Shown here: piece by piece, positions 47,448-57,008 of the stretch | Position numbering within the stretch: position 1 is the first letter of the stretch | How the letters are laid out: every line of letters starts with the position of its first letter | Assembly (NCBI GenBank): GCA_963422595.1 | Contig: OY730298.1 | Location: 612,861-676,860 of the forward strand | DNA from: Gammaproteobacteria bacterium | Lineage (GTDB): Bacteria > Pseudomonadota > Gammaproteobacteria > UBA4575 | Length of the DNA: 64,000 nucleotides | Reading direction: 5' to 3' | Notes under the pieces: generated by a model | What the model was told of the DNA's origin: nothing | The model's input: only the letters and a program-made list of their open reading frames with translations | Databases searched by the model: none | Position numbers and translations under genes: made by a program

Positions 47448-49742
47448 ATGCAAATTGACAAAATTAAAGCCCCTGAAGGGCACTCCATTCACCATGTTAC
47501 GTGCCCGCATGATTGTCCCGACTCGTGCTCCATGCTGGTTACGCGCGATGACCGTAGCGGCAAGGCAGTGCGCGTGCAAGGGGATCCCACGCATCCGATT
47601 ACGCGCGGCTACCTGTGTAACAAGGTGAACCACTATCTTGACCTGGTCTACAATGAAAATCGCGTGCTCTATCCGCACAAGCGCGTCGGGCCAAAGGGTC
47701 TGGGCGCCAAATTTGAACGCATTAGCTGGGACCAGGCCCTGGAAACCATCACCGACAACTTCAAAAGTGTTATTCAGGAATACGGCAGCGAGGCCGTACA
47801 GCCATACTCATATTCCGGCACCATGGGCATGGTCGGTTACTGGACCATGGACTATCGTTTCTGGAACAAAATGCAAGCTGCGGGATTGGTACAATCTATC
47901 TGCATTTATGCCGCAATGTGGGCTGGGTTACACACCTATGGTCTGGCGCATCCCAACATGTCGGTGCATGAAGCTGCCAAAGAAGCCGACCTCATGATCT
48001 TATGGGGTGCCAATTTAGTAAGTACCGGGGTGCACGCCATTCCCTTCATTCGCGAAGCCAAAGAACGCGGTATGAAACTTATCGTCATCGATCCTCGCGT
48101 TACACGCACCACCATGATGGCAGATTGGCACATACAACCGAGACCTGGAACCGATGCTGCGCTGGCGTTAGGGATGATGAAGATAATCGTAGACAAGGGA
48201 CTGCACGACGTTGACTTCCTGAAACAGCAAACTAACGGCTGGGAAGCGTTACTTGAGACCAAACTGCCGGACTACCCGGTAGACAAAGTTGCCAGGATCA
48301 CCGGGGTATCCGCGGCCGACGTTGAAAAGCTGGCTTTAGAATACGCCTCCACCAAAAAATCATTTATTCGCGCAAATTACGGCTTAAACCGTCATCAAAA
48401 TGCCGGTCAGATGTGCCGCTCGGTATTAATTCTTCCCTGCATCACGGGTGCCTGGCGCGAGCCTTGCGGGGGTGCCTGTTTTGGCAATCTGGAAGAAATG
48501 TGGCTGCGCTGGGACATGGACAAACTACATCGCACCGATCTTGGTAAACGCAAGCGGAAAATCAACATGGTACAAATTGGTCGTGCGCTGGCCGATGATA
48601 TTGACGCCGATGGCAACAAAATGGATCCGCCGATTAAAAGCATCTTCATCTACGACTCAGATCCCGCCAACTGCGCGCCCAATTCCAACAACGTGCGCAA
48701 GGGACTGATGCGTGATGATCTGTTCGTAGCCGTGCACGAGACATTTTGGACCGATACCTGCCAGTATGCCGACATTGTAATTCCCGCGGACACACAATTA
48801 GAGCGCACCGATCTGGTAGCCACCTATGGCAACTGGTACTTCACCATGAACAAACCCGTGATCGAACCGCTTGGAGAAAGCGTGCGCAACTCCGAGTTAT
48901 TCCGCATGCTGGCCAACAAAATGGGCTACGTTGAAGAAGGTGACAACGCCTTTACGCAGACCGACGAGGAAATCATTCGTGACATCATGTTTGACGAAGG
49001 CAAACACAACCCCTTAATGGAAGGCATAACCTACGAAGACATTCAAAAGAACGGCTTTGTGCGTGCCAACACCGGCTCGGAGAAAAGAAACTTTCTGAAG
49101 AATGGCTGGCCGACGCCATCCGGAAAAATTGATATATGGTGTGAGGCACTAAAAGAAGAAGGCGTCGACCCGTTACCTGCCTACGTGCCGGAGATAGAAG
49201 GTCAGGAAGATCCAAAGCGCAGTCAATATCCGCTACAAGTGCTGAGTAGTGCCACCCACTACTTTATTGGAGACTCGTTTCAATCGGTGCCACGGTTACA
49301 GGCGATGATGTCCCGTCCGACGGTTGAGCTCAACAAGGCGGACGCCTTTTCGCGCAACATTGAAGATGGAGATTTATGTCGTATGTACAATGATCGTGGT
49401 GAAACCTACGCTTACGCAATCATTATTGACGGCATGTTACCTGGTGTTTGCTCCACGCAAAAACAGATTAAAGGCAGTAATACGCCCAGTGGCATAAACA
49501 TCAATGCGTTGAATTCTGAAATGCTGACCGACTTTGGCACCAGTCCCACCTTTTACTCCTGTCTGGCGCAAGTTGAGAAAGCCAGTGAAGCCATGCGGAA
49601 GCAGGCCTTACTAAAAGAATGGGGTGGCAGGCAAGGCTACATTAAAAAGTGGCGCGAAGACCCTCGCAATCAGGAAGTTAAGGCGACCGATGCAGAGATT
49701 TTGGCGTTCGCTGAAGAACAACATCCAGGTATCTTCAGCTAG
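47448..49742 (+). CDS. Cytoplasmic molybdopterin-dependent oxidoreductase catalytic subunit (formate dehydrogenase / assimilatory nitrate reductase-like branch)
   Basis: N-terminal CPHDCPDSC…C [4Fe-4S] motif. FdhF-like AGLH region with a Cys at the expected Mo-ligand position. No Tat signal. Start set at the ATG after a GGAGGA ribosome-binding site (MQIDKIK…). Confidence 0.75.
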   Translation: MQIDKIKAPEGHSIHHVTCPHDCPDSCSMLVTRDDRSGKAVRVQGDPTHPITRGYLCNKVNHYLDLVYNENRVLYPHKRVGPKGLGAKFERISWDQALETITDNFKSVIQEYGSEAVQPYSYSGTMGMVGYWTMDYRFWNKMQAAGLVQSICIYAAMWAGLHTYGLAHPNMSVHEAAKEADLMILWGANLVSTGVHAIPFIREAKERGMKLIVIDPRVTRTTMMADWHIQPRPGTDAALALGMMKIIVDKGLHDVDFLKQQTNGWEALLETKLPDYPVDKVARITGVSAADVEKLALEYASTKKSFIRANYGLNRHQNAGQMCRSVLILPCITGAWREPCGGACFGNLEEMWLRWDMDKLHRTDLGKRKRKINMVQIGRALADDIDADGNKMDPPIKSIFIYDSDPANCAPNSNNVRKGLMRDDLFVAVHETFWTDTCQYADIVIPADTQLERTDLVATYGNWYFTMNKPVIEPLGESVRNSELFRMLANKMGYVEEGDNAFTQTDEEIIRDIMFDEGKHNPLMEGITYEDIQKNGFVRANTGSEKRNFLKNGWPTPSGKIDIWCEALKEEGVDPLPAYVPEIEGQEDPKRSQYPLQVLSSATHYFIGDSFQSVPRLQAMMSRPTVELNKADAFSRNIEDGDLCRMYNDRGETYAYAIIIDGMLPGVCSTQKQIKGSNTPSGININALNSEMLTDFGTSPTFYSCLAQVEKASEAMRKQALLKEWGGRQGYIKKWREDPRNQEVKATDAEILAFAEEQHPGIFS

Positions 49743-49768
49743 CCTGTTATCGGCCACAGACAAACATA

Positions 49769-50914
49769 ATGAGGAGTGAGCAACAGATGATAGCGGCACA
49801 CAAAAACTTTCACGATCCACTGGATCAATACATCAGAAAGTTACCAGAGCCTGATAGAGACATTAACTGTAGTCGCGTCAGGATCAACAAAGGGATAATT
49901 ACGGCCATAAACAAACTCACTTATGACACCTTTGAAATCGTCATCAAGTGTGACGCAGGCACTCCGCCCTTAACCGCCATTGCCGGTCAATATGGCGCGA
50001 TAAAAGTGCCCGGCGTCAAAAAGCCGCGCTCCTACTCTTTTGCCAAAGACCCGGATGACGAAAGCCCCGGCGAACACACCTTTTTTATCCGTCTTGTGCA
50101 TGGTGGTAAATTATCCGGTTGGTTAGCGGAACGCGATCGCACTGGTGAACAGGTAGAGCTAGCCGGCCCGTTAGGCAGTTTTCAATTAGACGCCTCCAGT
50201 AAAACCATGGTATGTATCGCTGGTGGCAGCGGCATGAGCGCCATTAAAGCCATTGTTGAACGTGCCTGCAACCTGCAAGCGCAGCGGGATTGCTATTTCT
50301 TTTACGGTGCACGCGCGCAGCAAGACCTGTATTGTCAGCGGCAAATGCAAACTGTGAAAGATCGCTGGCATCAGGACTTCACATTCCGGTTTATTCCGGT
50401 TTTATCGGAAGAAGCCGACGATAGTGACTGGACTGGGCCGCGTGGTTTTGTCACCGAATACTTCAAACAGGAATTTCTCGATAAAGGAAAAGTCCAAATC
50501 GGTGCTATCAAAAGTTATTTTTGTGGGCCTCCCCCGATGATCGATCATGGCATCAAAGTGTTAAGCCAGGCAGGGCTAAAAGAGCAGGACATCTACTACG
50601 ACAAATTTGAAGACTCCAGTTCTCCGGCGCCGGTGGTAGACAACACCAAGTGCGTGCTTTGTGATGAATGCTTATTCGTAAAGCCGGTAAAAAACTGCAT
50701 TGTTGAAGCCACCAATTTTAAGCTTAATGGCACTGATGGCGTGGCCTCGTTTGAGCGCATACGGCCGGCCCATACCTCCGGGCTATACTACAACTCTCTA
50801 TACATTGACGAAAATGAATGTATACGCTGTTTTGCCTGTGTGGATGCCTGCCCACATGAAGCCATCTCCGTGGGCTACGACAAGATCCCCAAAACCCTCA
50901 GGAAATACACCTAG
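49769..50914 (+). CDS. Electron-transfer subunit: FNR-like FAD/NAD(P)-binding reductase fused to a 2x[4Fe-4S] ferredoxin domain
   Basis: RSYSFA (FAD), GGSGMSAI (NAD). C-terminal CVLCDEC…C and CIRCFACVDACP clusters. 27 bp downstream of the molybdoenzyme gene. Confidence 0.75.
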   Translation: MRSEQQMIAAHKNFHDPLDQYIRKLPEPDRDINCSRVRINKGIITAINKLTYDTFEIVIKCDAGTPPLTAIAGQYGAIKVPGVKKPRSYSFAKDPDDESPGEHTFFIRLVHGGKLSGWLAERDRTGEQVELAGPLGSFQLDASSKTMVCIAGGSGMSAIKAIVERACNLQAQRDCYFFYGARAQQDLYCQRQMQTVKDRWHQDFTFRFIPVLSEEADDSDWTGPRGFVTEYFKQEFLDKGKVQIGAIKSYFCGPPPMIDHGIKVLSQAGLKEQDIYYDKFEDSSSPAPVVDNTKCVLCDECLFVKPVKNCIVEATNFKLNGTDGVASFERIRPAHTSGLYYNSLYIDENECIRCFACVDACPHEAISVGYDKIPKTLRKYT

Positions 50915-51012
50915 AGGAGTATACCTTGCCGGGACCAAAGCTGTCGTGGGGTTGTCCTGTAAACCATTGCCCGACTGCTGCCCGGCAAAAAACTTACTGG
51001 AGACTTACCACA

Positions 51013-52055
51013 TGAACGCAAGAGCAATGTTAACGGCATTCGTTACCATCACGTTGGCGACGTTATTAGCATATTCGGGGGGCATAAACATCGGCCAGGC
51101 GGTCGCCGCCGAACAAAAAATTCACACTCCGGTGGTTGAAAAAATAGGCGAGCTTACCGATGAAGGACTGCTTACGCTGCAAGCCGAACTGAACAAACCG
51201 AAACCAGAATCCGGCAGATTTACGCGCGGGGTGTTGTGGAAGATAGAAAAGGACAAAGAACTGATTGGCTACGTATTCGGCACCATTCACATGAACAACA
51301 AGCGCGTGCATGAAGTGCGTAAACACGTTATGGAAATCTTTAACCAGATGAACAGTTTTGCCATGGAAGCCTTCCCCAGCGATCACTACTGGAACCCTTA
51401 CCATGGTGGCCAAATGGTTAAAAAGGACATGATGCTGCCACCTGGGCAAACGCTGCAACAGCTAATCGGCAAAGACCTGTACCTGCGAGTCGAGAAAGTT
51501 CTGTTAGACGTAGGGCTTACCAAAGAAACCGTGTTACACCTAAAACCCTGGGCTGCCATGCGCAGTTTCGCGGTCAAGGCCGAAAGCTCCGATGGGCTGA
51601 TACTGGATTACGAGCTGCTGGACCACGCCGCGGCGCAAAGGAAAGAACTCTATCAGGTAGAAAGCATAGAAGAATTTTTAGCCACCTTTTACGCCATGCC
51701 GCAAGAAACACAAATCAAGCTGCTTGAGTTTACCGTAAACAGCTATGCCGACATGAGGAACACCATCAACACCATGCTTGATGCCTATTTGCAGGAAGAC
51801 CTGTCCAGGATGTACCAGATCAGTACCGACTTTATTCCTGACGAACCAGAGAACGAACATTACCGCCAACTGTACCTGAAACACGTCATCAAGGACAGAA
51901 ACGTCGTCATGGAGCATTACATGCGTAAGCCCATGCGCGAAAAAAAGACCTTTATTGCGGTAGGTGCTCTGCATCTTTATGGTGATCAGGGAGTTCTCGC
52001 CCTGATAGAAAAAGACGGCTATCAGGTTACGCGCGTACCGTTAGAGAAGAGTTAG
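51013..52055 (+). CDS. TraB/GumN-family protein (secreted or periplasmic)
   Basis: The six-frame ORF begins at 50700 but overlaps the upstream gene. The likely true start is the ATG at 51013 after a GGAGA site, giving MNARAMLTAFVTITLATLLA… with a signal peptide. The GYVFGTIHM region is typical of TraB/GumN. Confidence 0.7.
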
Positions 52056-52242
52056 CGTTACCTTTGCCACCTGCCTGCCCTCCCCCCGAATTAACCATCT
52101 CATGGGGAAGCCACTCCTTTTTCAAGCTGGTTTTATCGCGTTGTCGGATCGCCTTACTGGCTTTCTGATGCGCACCACCTTTACTCAACAGTGGATGGTC
52201 ATGTAATGGGTTGCGGCTGCGCAGTTTTACATTCTTTGCCAT
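52027..52242 (-). CDS. Small basic protein, possibly ArfA-like (alternative ribosome-rescue factor)
   Basis: 71-aa ORF. N-terminal LHDHPLL/basic stretch loosely resembles the ArfA HDPLFRQR region. Overlaps the TraB-family 3' end by 29 bp. Confidence 0.25.
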   Translation of the reverse strand: MAKNVKLRSRNPLHDHPLLSKGGAHQKASKAIRQRDKTSLKKEWLPHEMVNSGGGQAGGKGNANSSLTVRA

Positions 52243-52262
52243 AGCATCTCCTGAACCGCTGC

Positions 52263-52496
52263 TTATGCCACCTTCGCCTTATCCGGTTTTGCGGCCAGTC
52301 TTTCCGCATGCGCCTTAATGTATGGATAAAAACGCTTCGCGCGGTCCTCATTAAGAAACACCGATGGCCCCGATTCCCTGACGGGCACCGGAAACTTAAA
52401 ACCGCTTTCGGTGCGATACCACAACTTGCCGGACAGAAAAAACATGAAGCGCACGCTCTCGTTGTCCGTTACAATTTTATCTGTCTTTGTCATTAC
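52263..52496 (-). CDS. Small hypothetical protein (77 aa)
   Basis: The listed 116-aa ORF (to 52613) runs through a strong terminator hairpin. An internal ATG at 52496 is preceded by AGGAGG and is the likelier start. Confidence 0.4.
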   Translation of the reverse strand, partial: VMTKTDKIVTDNESVRFMFFLSGKLWYRTESGFKFPVPVRESGPSVFLNEDRAKRFYPYIKAHAERLAAKPDKAKVA

Positions 52497-52555
52497 GCCT
52501 CCTGGTTGCAAAAAGTTAATAAGCCCCTCTGGTTGGGTCCTGCACGCGAGCAACA

Positions 52556-52588
52556 AAAAACCCCGGTGCTCACGCTTCCGGGGTTTTT
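52556..52588. terminator. Bidirectional rho-independent terminator (A5-CCCCGG-loop-CCGGGG-T5)
   Basis: Perfect 6-bp GC stem with an 11-nt loop, flanked by A5 and T5. Confidence 0.7.
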
Positions 52589-53176
52589 GATAAGTTCGGA
52601 AGGTGAGCTGCAACCTTCCGCGTATAGTTAGAAGGTCACACCCTGCGGTTCGTTTTCACCTGTTGGAAAAAACCTGTAAAACCGCGAACCACCGTAGTTT
52701 CCTGCCACGTGCACAGCTGCGGTGCGCATAGTCGCCGCACACACAGTAAAAATTGTTGCATAAAAATATCCATCAATAGCCCGACTATACTCTTTATTAA
52801 AGCCAAATGCAATGCGTGCGGGTATAATCCCTCCGCTGATAACAGTCGGCTGTGGCATACACGCATCCCTAACGAAACTGGCAGATTACTATTCCACGAC
52901 CGATGTTGCTTAGATAAATAATGCTAATTCCCGTTTACAAAAGTGCAGAATTTATATGGCAATATTTCTCATGTTGACAAGCCACGTTGCATCTTCGTTA
53001 TCCACGCTGCAAAGGTCGGCAGGGTATGATAAGCGGCAACCAGTCAGGCCTTCACCGGCGCTTGTAAAAATTCCATTTAGCATGAGTGCCTGCATAGCAA
53101 GGCTGGTAAAATATGCCTGAACGGTCGTCAGGAATCACCCCAAAAGTAACCCCGGGAAGTACCCTTAGGAACAAGC

Positions 53177-54346
53177 ATGCGTAAAATTGTCATCGCACCC
53201 GACTCATTCAAAGGCAATCTCACCTCATCAGAGGTAGCCACATATCTTGAAAAGGGCATCAGGCGAGTTTTGCCTAAGGCCAAATGTATTAAAGTGCCGA
53301 TGGCCGATGGTGGAGAAGGCACGGTGCAATCCATGGTGGATGCAGCGCATGGTCTGATCATAAAAAAACGTGTAACCGGACCTGCTGGCAGGCTTATTAC
53401 CGCGCGCTACGGGTGGTTAGCGCAATCCAAAACCGCGGTTATAGAAATGGCCGAGGCTTCCGGCCTGCCCCTGGTACATGGGCGCGATCGCAACCCACTT
53501 ACAACCACCACCTACGGCACCGGGCAACTGATAGCAGACGCGATACGCAAAGGCGCGAAAAAAATCATCATTGGCATCGGTGGTTCCGCGACTAACGATG
53601 GCGGAGCAGGCATGGCGCAAGCCCTTGGGGTGAAATTCCTGAATACCAGTGGCAGCGAGATTAAGGCGCGCGGCTGCGGCGGGATGTTATCCAAAATTGC
53701 GGCCATCGACATGCGGCAACTGGACGCCAGAGTACCCGATACCGATATTATCGTTGCATGTGACGTAGAGAATCCCTTATATGGTAACAAAGGCGCGGCC
53801 CAGGTGTTCGCGCCACAAAAAGGCGCCACCCCGAAAATGGTGGCGCTACTGGATGCCAATTTAAGGCATCTCGGTAAACTGATAAAACGAGATCTTCACC
53901 GCAGCGTCGGTCGCATGCCCGGTGCCGGTGCTGCGGGTGGGCTGGGCGCCGGTCTGGTAGCCTTCGCCGGCGCCAGGTTACAAAGCGGTATTGACATCGT
54001 GCTGGAAGCAACCCAATTAAGTAAACACATAAAAGGTGCTGATCTGGTGATTACTGGTGAAGGTCGCATTGACTTTCAAACTGCATTTGGCAAAACCCCC
54101 GCGGGAGTCGCCAAAGCCGCGCAAAAATACAACGTGCCGGTCATTGCCATTGGTGGCGCGTTGGCAGATGACGCACGCAAAGTCTTCGCGCACGGAATTG
54201 ATGGCATCGCCAGTGCCGCCGTAAAAGACATGTCACTGGACGAGGCCATGCAAAATGCACCTGACCACTTGGCGGATGCTGCGGAACGCACTATACGCAT
54301 GCTGTTAATCGGAGCAAAAATAGCCCGCAACAAAAACCACCTTTAA
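53177..54346 (+). CDS. Glycerate kinase (GlxK/GarK family)
   Basis: 389 aa. MRKIVIAPDSFKG… N-terminus and the GGSATNDGGAG motif characteristic of glycerate kinases. Confidence 0.9.
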   Translation: MRKIVIAPDSFKGNLTSSEVATYLEKGIRRVLPKAKCIKVPMADGGEGTVQSMVDAAHGLIIKKRVTGPAGRLITARYGWLAQSKTAVIEMAEASGLPLVHGRDRNPLTTTTYGTGQLIADAIRKGAKKIIIGIGGSATNDGGAGMAQALGVKFLNTSGSEIKARGCGGMLSKIAAIDMRQLDARVPDTDIIVACDVENPLYGNKGAAQVFAPQKGATPKMVALLDANLRHLGKLIKRDLHRSVGRMPGAGAAGGLGAGLVAFAGARLQSGIDIVLEATQLSKHIKGADLVITGEGRIDFQTAFGKTPAGVAKAAQKYNVPVIAIGGALADDARKVFAHGIDGIASAAVKDMSLDEAMQNAPDHLADAAERTIRMLLIGAKIARNKNHL

Positions 54347-54421
54347 GTATTTGTGTATTGTACTCCCCGGACTTTCTGTAGAATGACCGTTACGACAACT
54401 TTTTAATATCAGGGAACCGCC

Positions 54422-55222
54422 ATGCGCAACCTCCTGTTTGCAGCCCTGTTACTCCTGACCATAAGCCCGGCACCTGCCGCCGACTTCGACGCGGGAGTGG
54501 AAGCATACCAGCAGGGCGACTACACAACTGCCTTGCGCAGGTTCCAACCGCTGGCCGAACAGGGACATGCCGAAGCCCGGTTCCTTCTGGGACTTATGTA
54601 CGGCAACGGCAGGGGTGTGCCCCGGGACTACCAACAAGCCGCATCCTGGTACCGCAAGGCTGCCGAACAGGGACATGCCAAAGCCCGGTTCTCCCTGGGG
54701 GTTATGTACGCCAACGGCGAAGGCGTGCCTCAAGACTACCAACAGGCTGTATTCTGGTACCGCAAGGCCGCCGAACAGGGATACGCCGGCGCGCAGAACA
54801 ACCTGGGAGTCATGTACGACAACGGCGAGGGTGTGCCCCAGGATGACCAACAAGCCGTATCCTGGTATCGCAAGGCCGCCGAACAGGGATATGTCGAAGC
54901 CCAGTCCAACTTGGGATTTATGTACCACAACGGCGAAGGCGTGCCTCAAGACTACCAACAGGCTGTATTCTGGTACCGCAAGGCCGCCGAACAGGGACTC
55001 GCCGGCGCGCAGTACAACCTGGGATTTATGTACCACAACGGCAAGGGTGTGCCCAAAGATGACGTTCTTGCCTACGCATGGTTCAATCTTGCTGCCGTCC
55101 AAGGCCATGAAGATGGGAAAAAACAGCGGGATTTGGTTGAGGAAGATATGACTGCGGATCAGATCGCCGCGGCGCAGGCCCTCAGCCGCAAACTTGCCGC
55201 ACAGATTGCCGGTGGTGACTGA
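54422..55222 (+). CDS. Secreted Sel1-repeat (SLR, tetratricopeptide-like) protein, about 6 repeats
   Basis: 266 aa. Signal peptide MRNLLFAALLLLTISPAPAA. Repeated 36-aa units …AxxWYRKAAEQGxAxAQxNLGxMYxNGxGVPxDxQQA…. Confidence 0.85.
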   Translation: MRNLLFAALLLLTISPAPAADFDAGVEAYQQGDYTTALRRFQPLAEQGHAEARFLLGLMYGNGRGVPRDYQQAASWYRKAAEQGHAKARFSLGVMYANGEGVPQDYQQAVFWYRKAAEQGYAGAQNNLGVMYDNGEGVPQDDQQAVSWYRKAAEQGYVEAQSNLGFMYHNGEGVPQDYQQAVFWYRKAAEQGLAGAQYNLGFMYHNGKGVPKDDVLAYAWFNLAAVQGHEDGKKQRDLVEEDMTADQIAAAQALSRKLAAQIAGGD

Positions 55223-55559
55223 ACCTGATTTCCTGTGCCTTGCAGTGTAATCATGGTGGCGTACTCACGGTTCTGAAATAAACGTATCAAACCCCTCGCA
55301 GAGATGCCCCAGCTCCCCAAAGGTTACAGTCGTGCAGTCACAATTCTGCAATAAGCGTATTCGTAGAGAACAACGACCATTATCCCGGTAGATTGGTACG
55401 TGTCCATGCGAGAAAATTCTGCAACCCGGTGATGGTAAGGATTGCCGCAAGTATTTTTTGTCCAGACACACAATCCATCTTTAAGTATTTGTGTATTGTA
55501 CTCCCCGGACTTTCTGTAGAATGACCGTTACGACAATTTTTTAATGTAAAGGCACCGCC

Positions 55560-57008
55560 ATGCGCAACGTCCTGTTTGCAGTCCTGTTACTCCTGACCAT
55601 AAGCCCGGCACTTAGTACCGACTTTGAGGTGGGAGTAGCGGCATACCGGCAAGGCGACTACACAACTGCCTTGCGCAGGTTCCAACCGCTGGCCGAACAG
55701 GGACATGCCGAAGCCCAGTTTCTCCTGGGACTTATGTACGGCAACGGTAGGGGTGTGCCCCGGGATGACCAACAAGCCGCATCCTGGTACCGCAAGGCCG
55801 CCGAACAGGGATATGCCAAAGCCCAGTTCAACCTGGGACTTATGTACGACAACGGCGAGGGTGTGCCTTGGGATGACCAACAAGCTGTATCCTGGTACCG
55901 CAAGGCTGCCGAACAGGGACTCGCTGAAGCCCAGTCCAACCTGGGACGTATGTACGACCTGGGCCGGGGTGTGTCCCATGATGATCAACAAGCCGCATCC
56001 TGGTACCGCAAGGCTGCCGAACAGGGAGATGCCGAAGTCCAGCTCGTCCTGGGGGGCATGTACGCCAACGGCAGGGGTGTGCCCCAGGATGACCAACAAG
56101 CCGCATCCTGGTTCCGCAAGGCTGCCGAGCAGGGACTCGCCGAAGCCCAGCTCGTCATGGGGGCCATGTACGTCGGCGGCAGGGGTGTGCCCCGGGATGA
56201 CCGACAAGCCGTATCCTGGTACCGCAAGGCTGCCGAACAGGGACTCGCCGGCGCACAGTACAATCTGGGACTTATGTACTACCCAGGCGAGGGTGTGCCT
56301 TGGGATGACCAACAAGCCGCATCCTGGTTCCGCAAGGCTGCCGAACAGGGACTCGCCGAAGCCCAGTTCAGCCTGGGACTTATGTACGCCAACGGCGAGG
56401 GTGTGCCCCATGACTACCAACAAGCCACATCCTGGTACCGCAAGGCTGCCGAACAGGGAGATGCCAAAGCCCAGCTCAACCTGGGACTTATGTACTACAA
56501 CGGCGAGGGTGTGCCCCGGGACTACCAACAAGCCGCATCCTGGTTCCGCAAGGCCGCCGAACAGGGAGATGCCGCAGCCCAGTTCAGCCTGGGACTTATG
56601 TACGACAACGGCGAGGGTGTGTCCCAGGATGACCGACAAGCCGTATCCTGGTACCGCAAGGCTGCCGAACAGGGAGATGCCAAAGCCCAGATCAACCTGG
56701 GACTTATGTACGTCAACGGCAGGGGTGTGCCCCAGGATGACCGACAAGCCGTATCCTGGTACCGCAAGGCTGCCGAACAGGGATATGCCGGAGCTCAGCT
56801 TGGCTTGGGAGTTATGTACTACTTGGGCCGGGGAGTACCCAAAGATGACGTTCTTGCCTACGCATGGTTCAATCTCGCTGCCGTCCAAGGCCATGAAGAT
56901 GGGAAAAAACGGCGGGATGTGATTGAGGAAGATATGACTGTGGATCAGATCGCCGCGGCGCAGGCCCTCAGCCGCAAACTTGCCGCACAGATTGCCGATG
57001 GTGACTGA
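55560..57008 (+). CDS. Secreted Sel1-repeat protein, about 12 repeats (tandem paralogue of the 54422 gene)
   Basis: 482 aa. Near-identical 5' flank, signal peptide and C-terminal 60 aa to the upstream gene. Twelve 108-bp units. Confidence 0.85.
   Translation: MRNVLFAVLLLLTISPALSTDFEVGVAAYRQGDYTTALRRFQPLAEQGHAEAQFLLGLMYGNGRGVPRDDQQAASWYRKAAEQGYAKAQFNLGLMYDNGEGVPWDDQQAVSWYRKAAEQGLAEAQSNLGRMYDLGRGVSHDDQQAASWYRKAAEQGDAEVQLVLGGMYANGRGVPQDDQQAASWFRKAAEQGLAEAQLVMGAMYVGGRGVPRDDRQAVSWYRKAAEQGLAGAQYNLGLMYYPGEGVPWDDQQAASWFRKAAEQGLAEAQFSLGLMYANGEGVPHDYQQATSWYRKAAEQGDAKAQLNLGLMYYNGEGVPRDYQQAASWFRKAAEQGDAAAQFSLGLMYDNGEGVSQDDRQAVSWYRKAAEQGDAKAQINLGLMYVNGRGVPQDDRQAVSWYRKAAEQGYAGAQLGLGVMYYLGRGVPKDDVLAYAWFNLAAVQGHEDGKKRRDVIEEDMTVDQIAAAQALSRKLAAQIADGD

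Noticed and set aside
50700-51012. N-terminal extension of the TraB/GumN gene as given in the ORF track (start at 50700)
   Set aside because: It overlaps the preceding ferredoxin-reductase gene by about 200 bp in another frame. A signal-peptide-bearing start with a ribosome-binding site exists at 51013.
52497-52613. N-terminal 39 codons of the 116-aa ORF at 52263-52613
   Set aside because: They would span a canonical bidirectional terminator hairpin. A strong ribosome-binding site and ATG lie downstream at 52496.
55587-56894. Long antisense ORF (435 aa), alternative-frame ORFs (e.g. 55705-56922, 54567-55151, 54449-55108) and many 60-100 aa ORFs inside the Sel1-repeat genes
   Set aside because: These are produced by the 108-bp periodic repeat structure keeping all frames open. 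Their low-complexity Pro/Gly/Cys-rich translations carry no signal peptide, whereas the sense frame has clean Sel1 units.
54640-56900. Possibility that the regular repeats are a CRISPR array
   Set aside because: The period is 108 bp with no unique spacers. The repeats are in-frame coding Sel1 units of a protein with a signal peptide. No cas genes are present.
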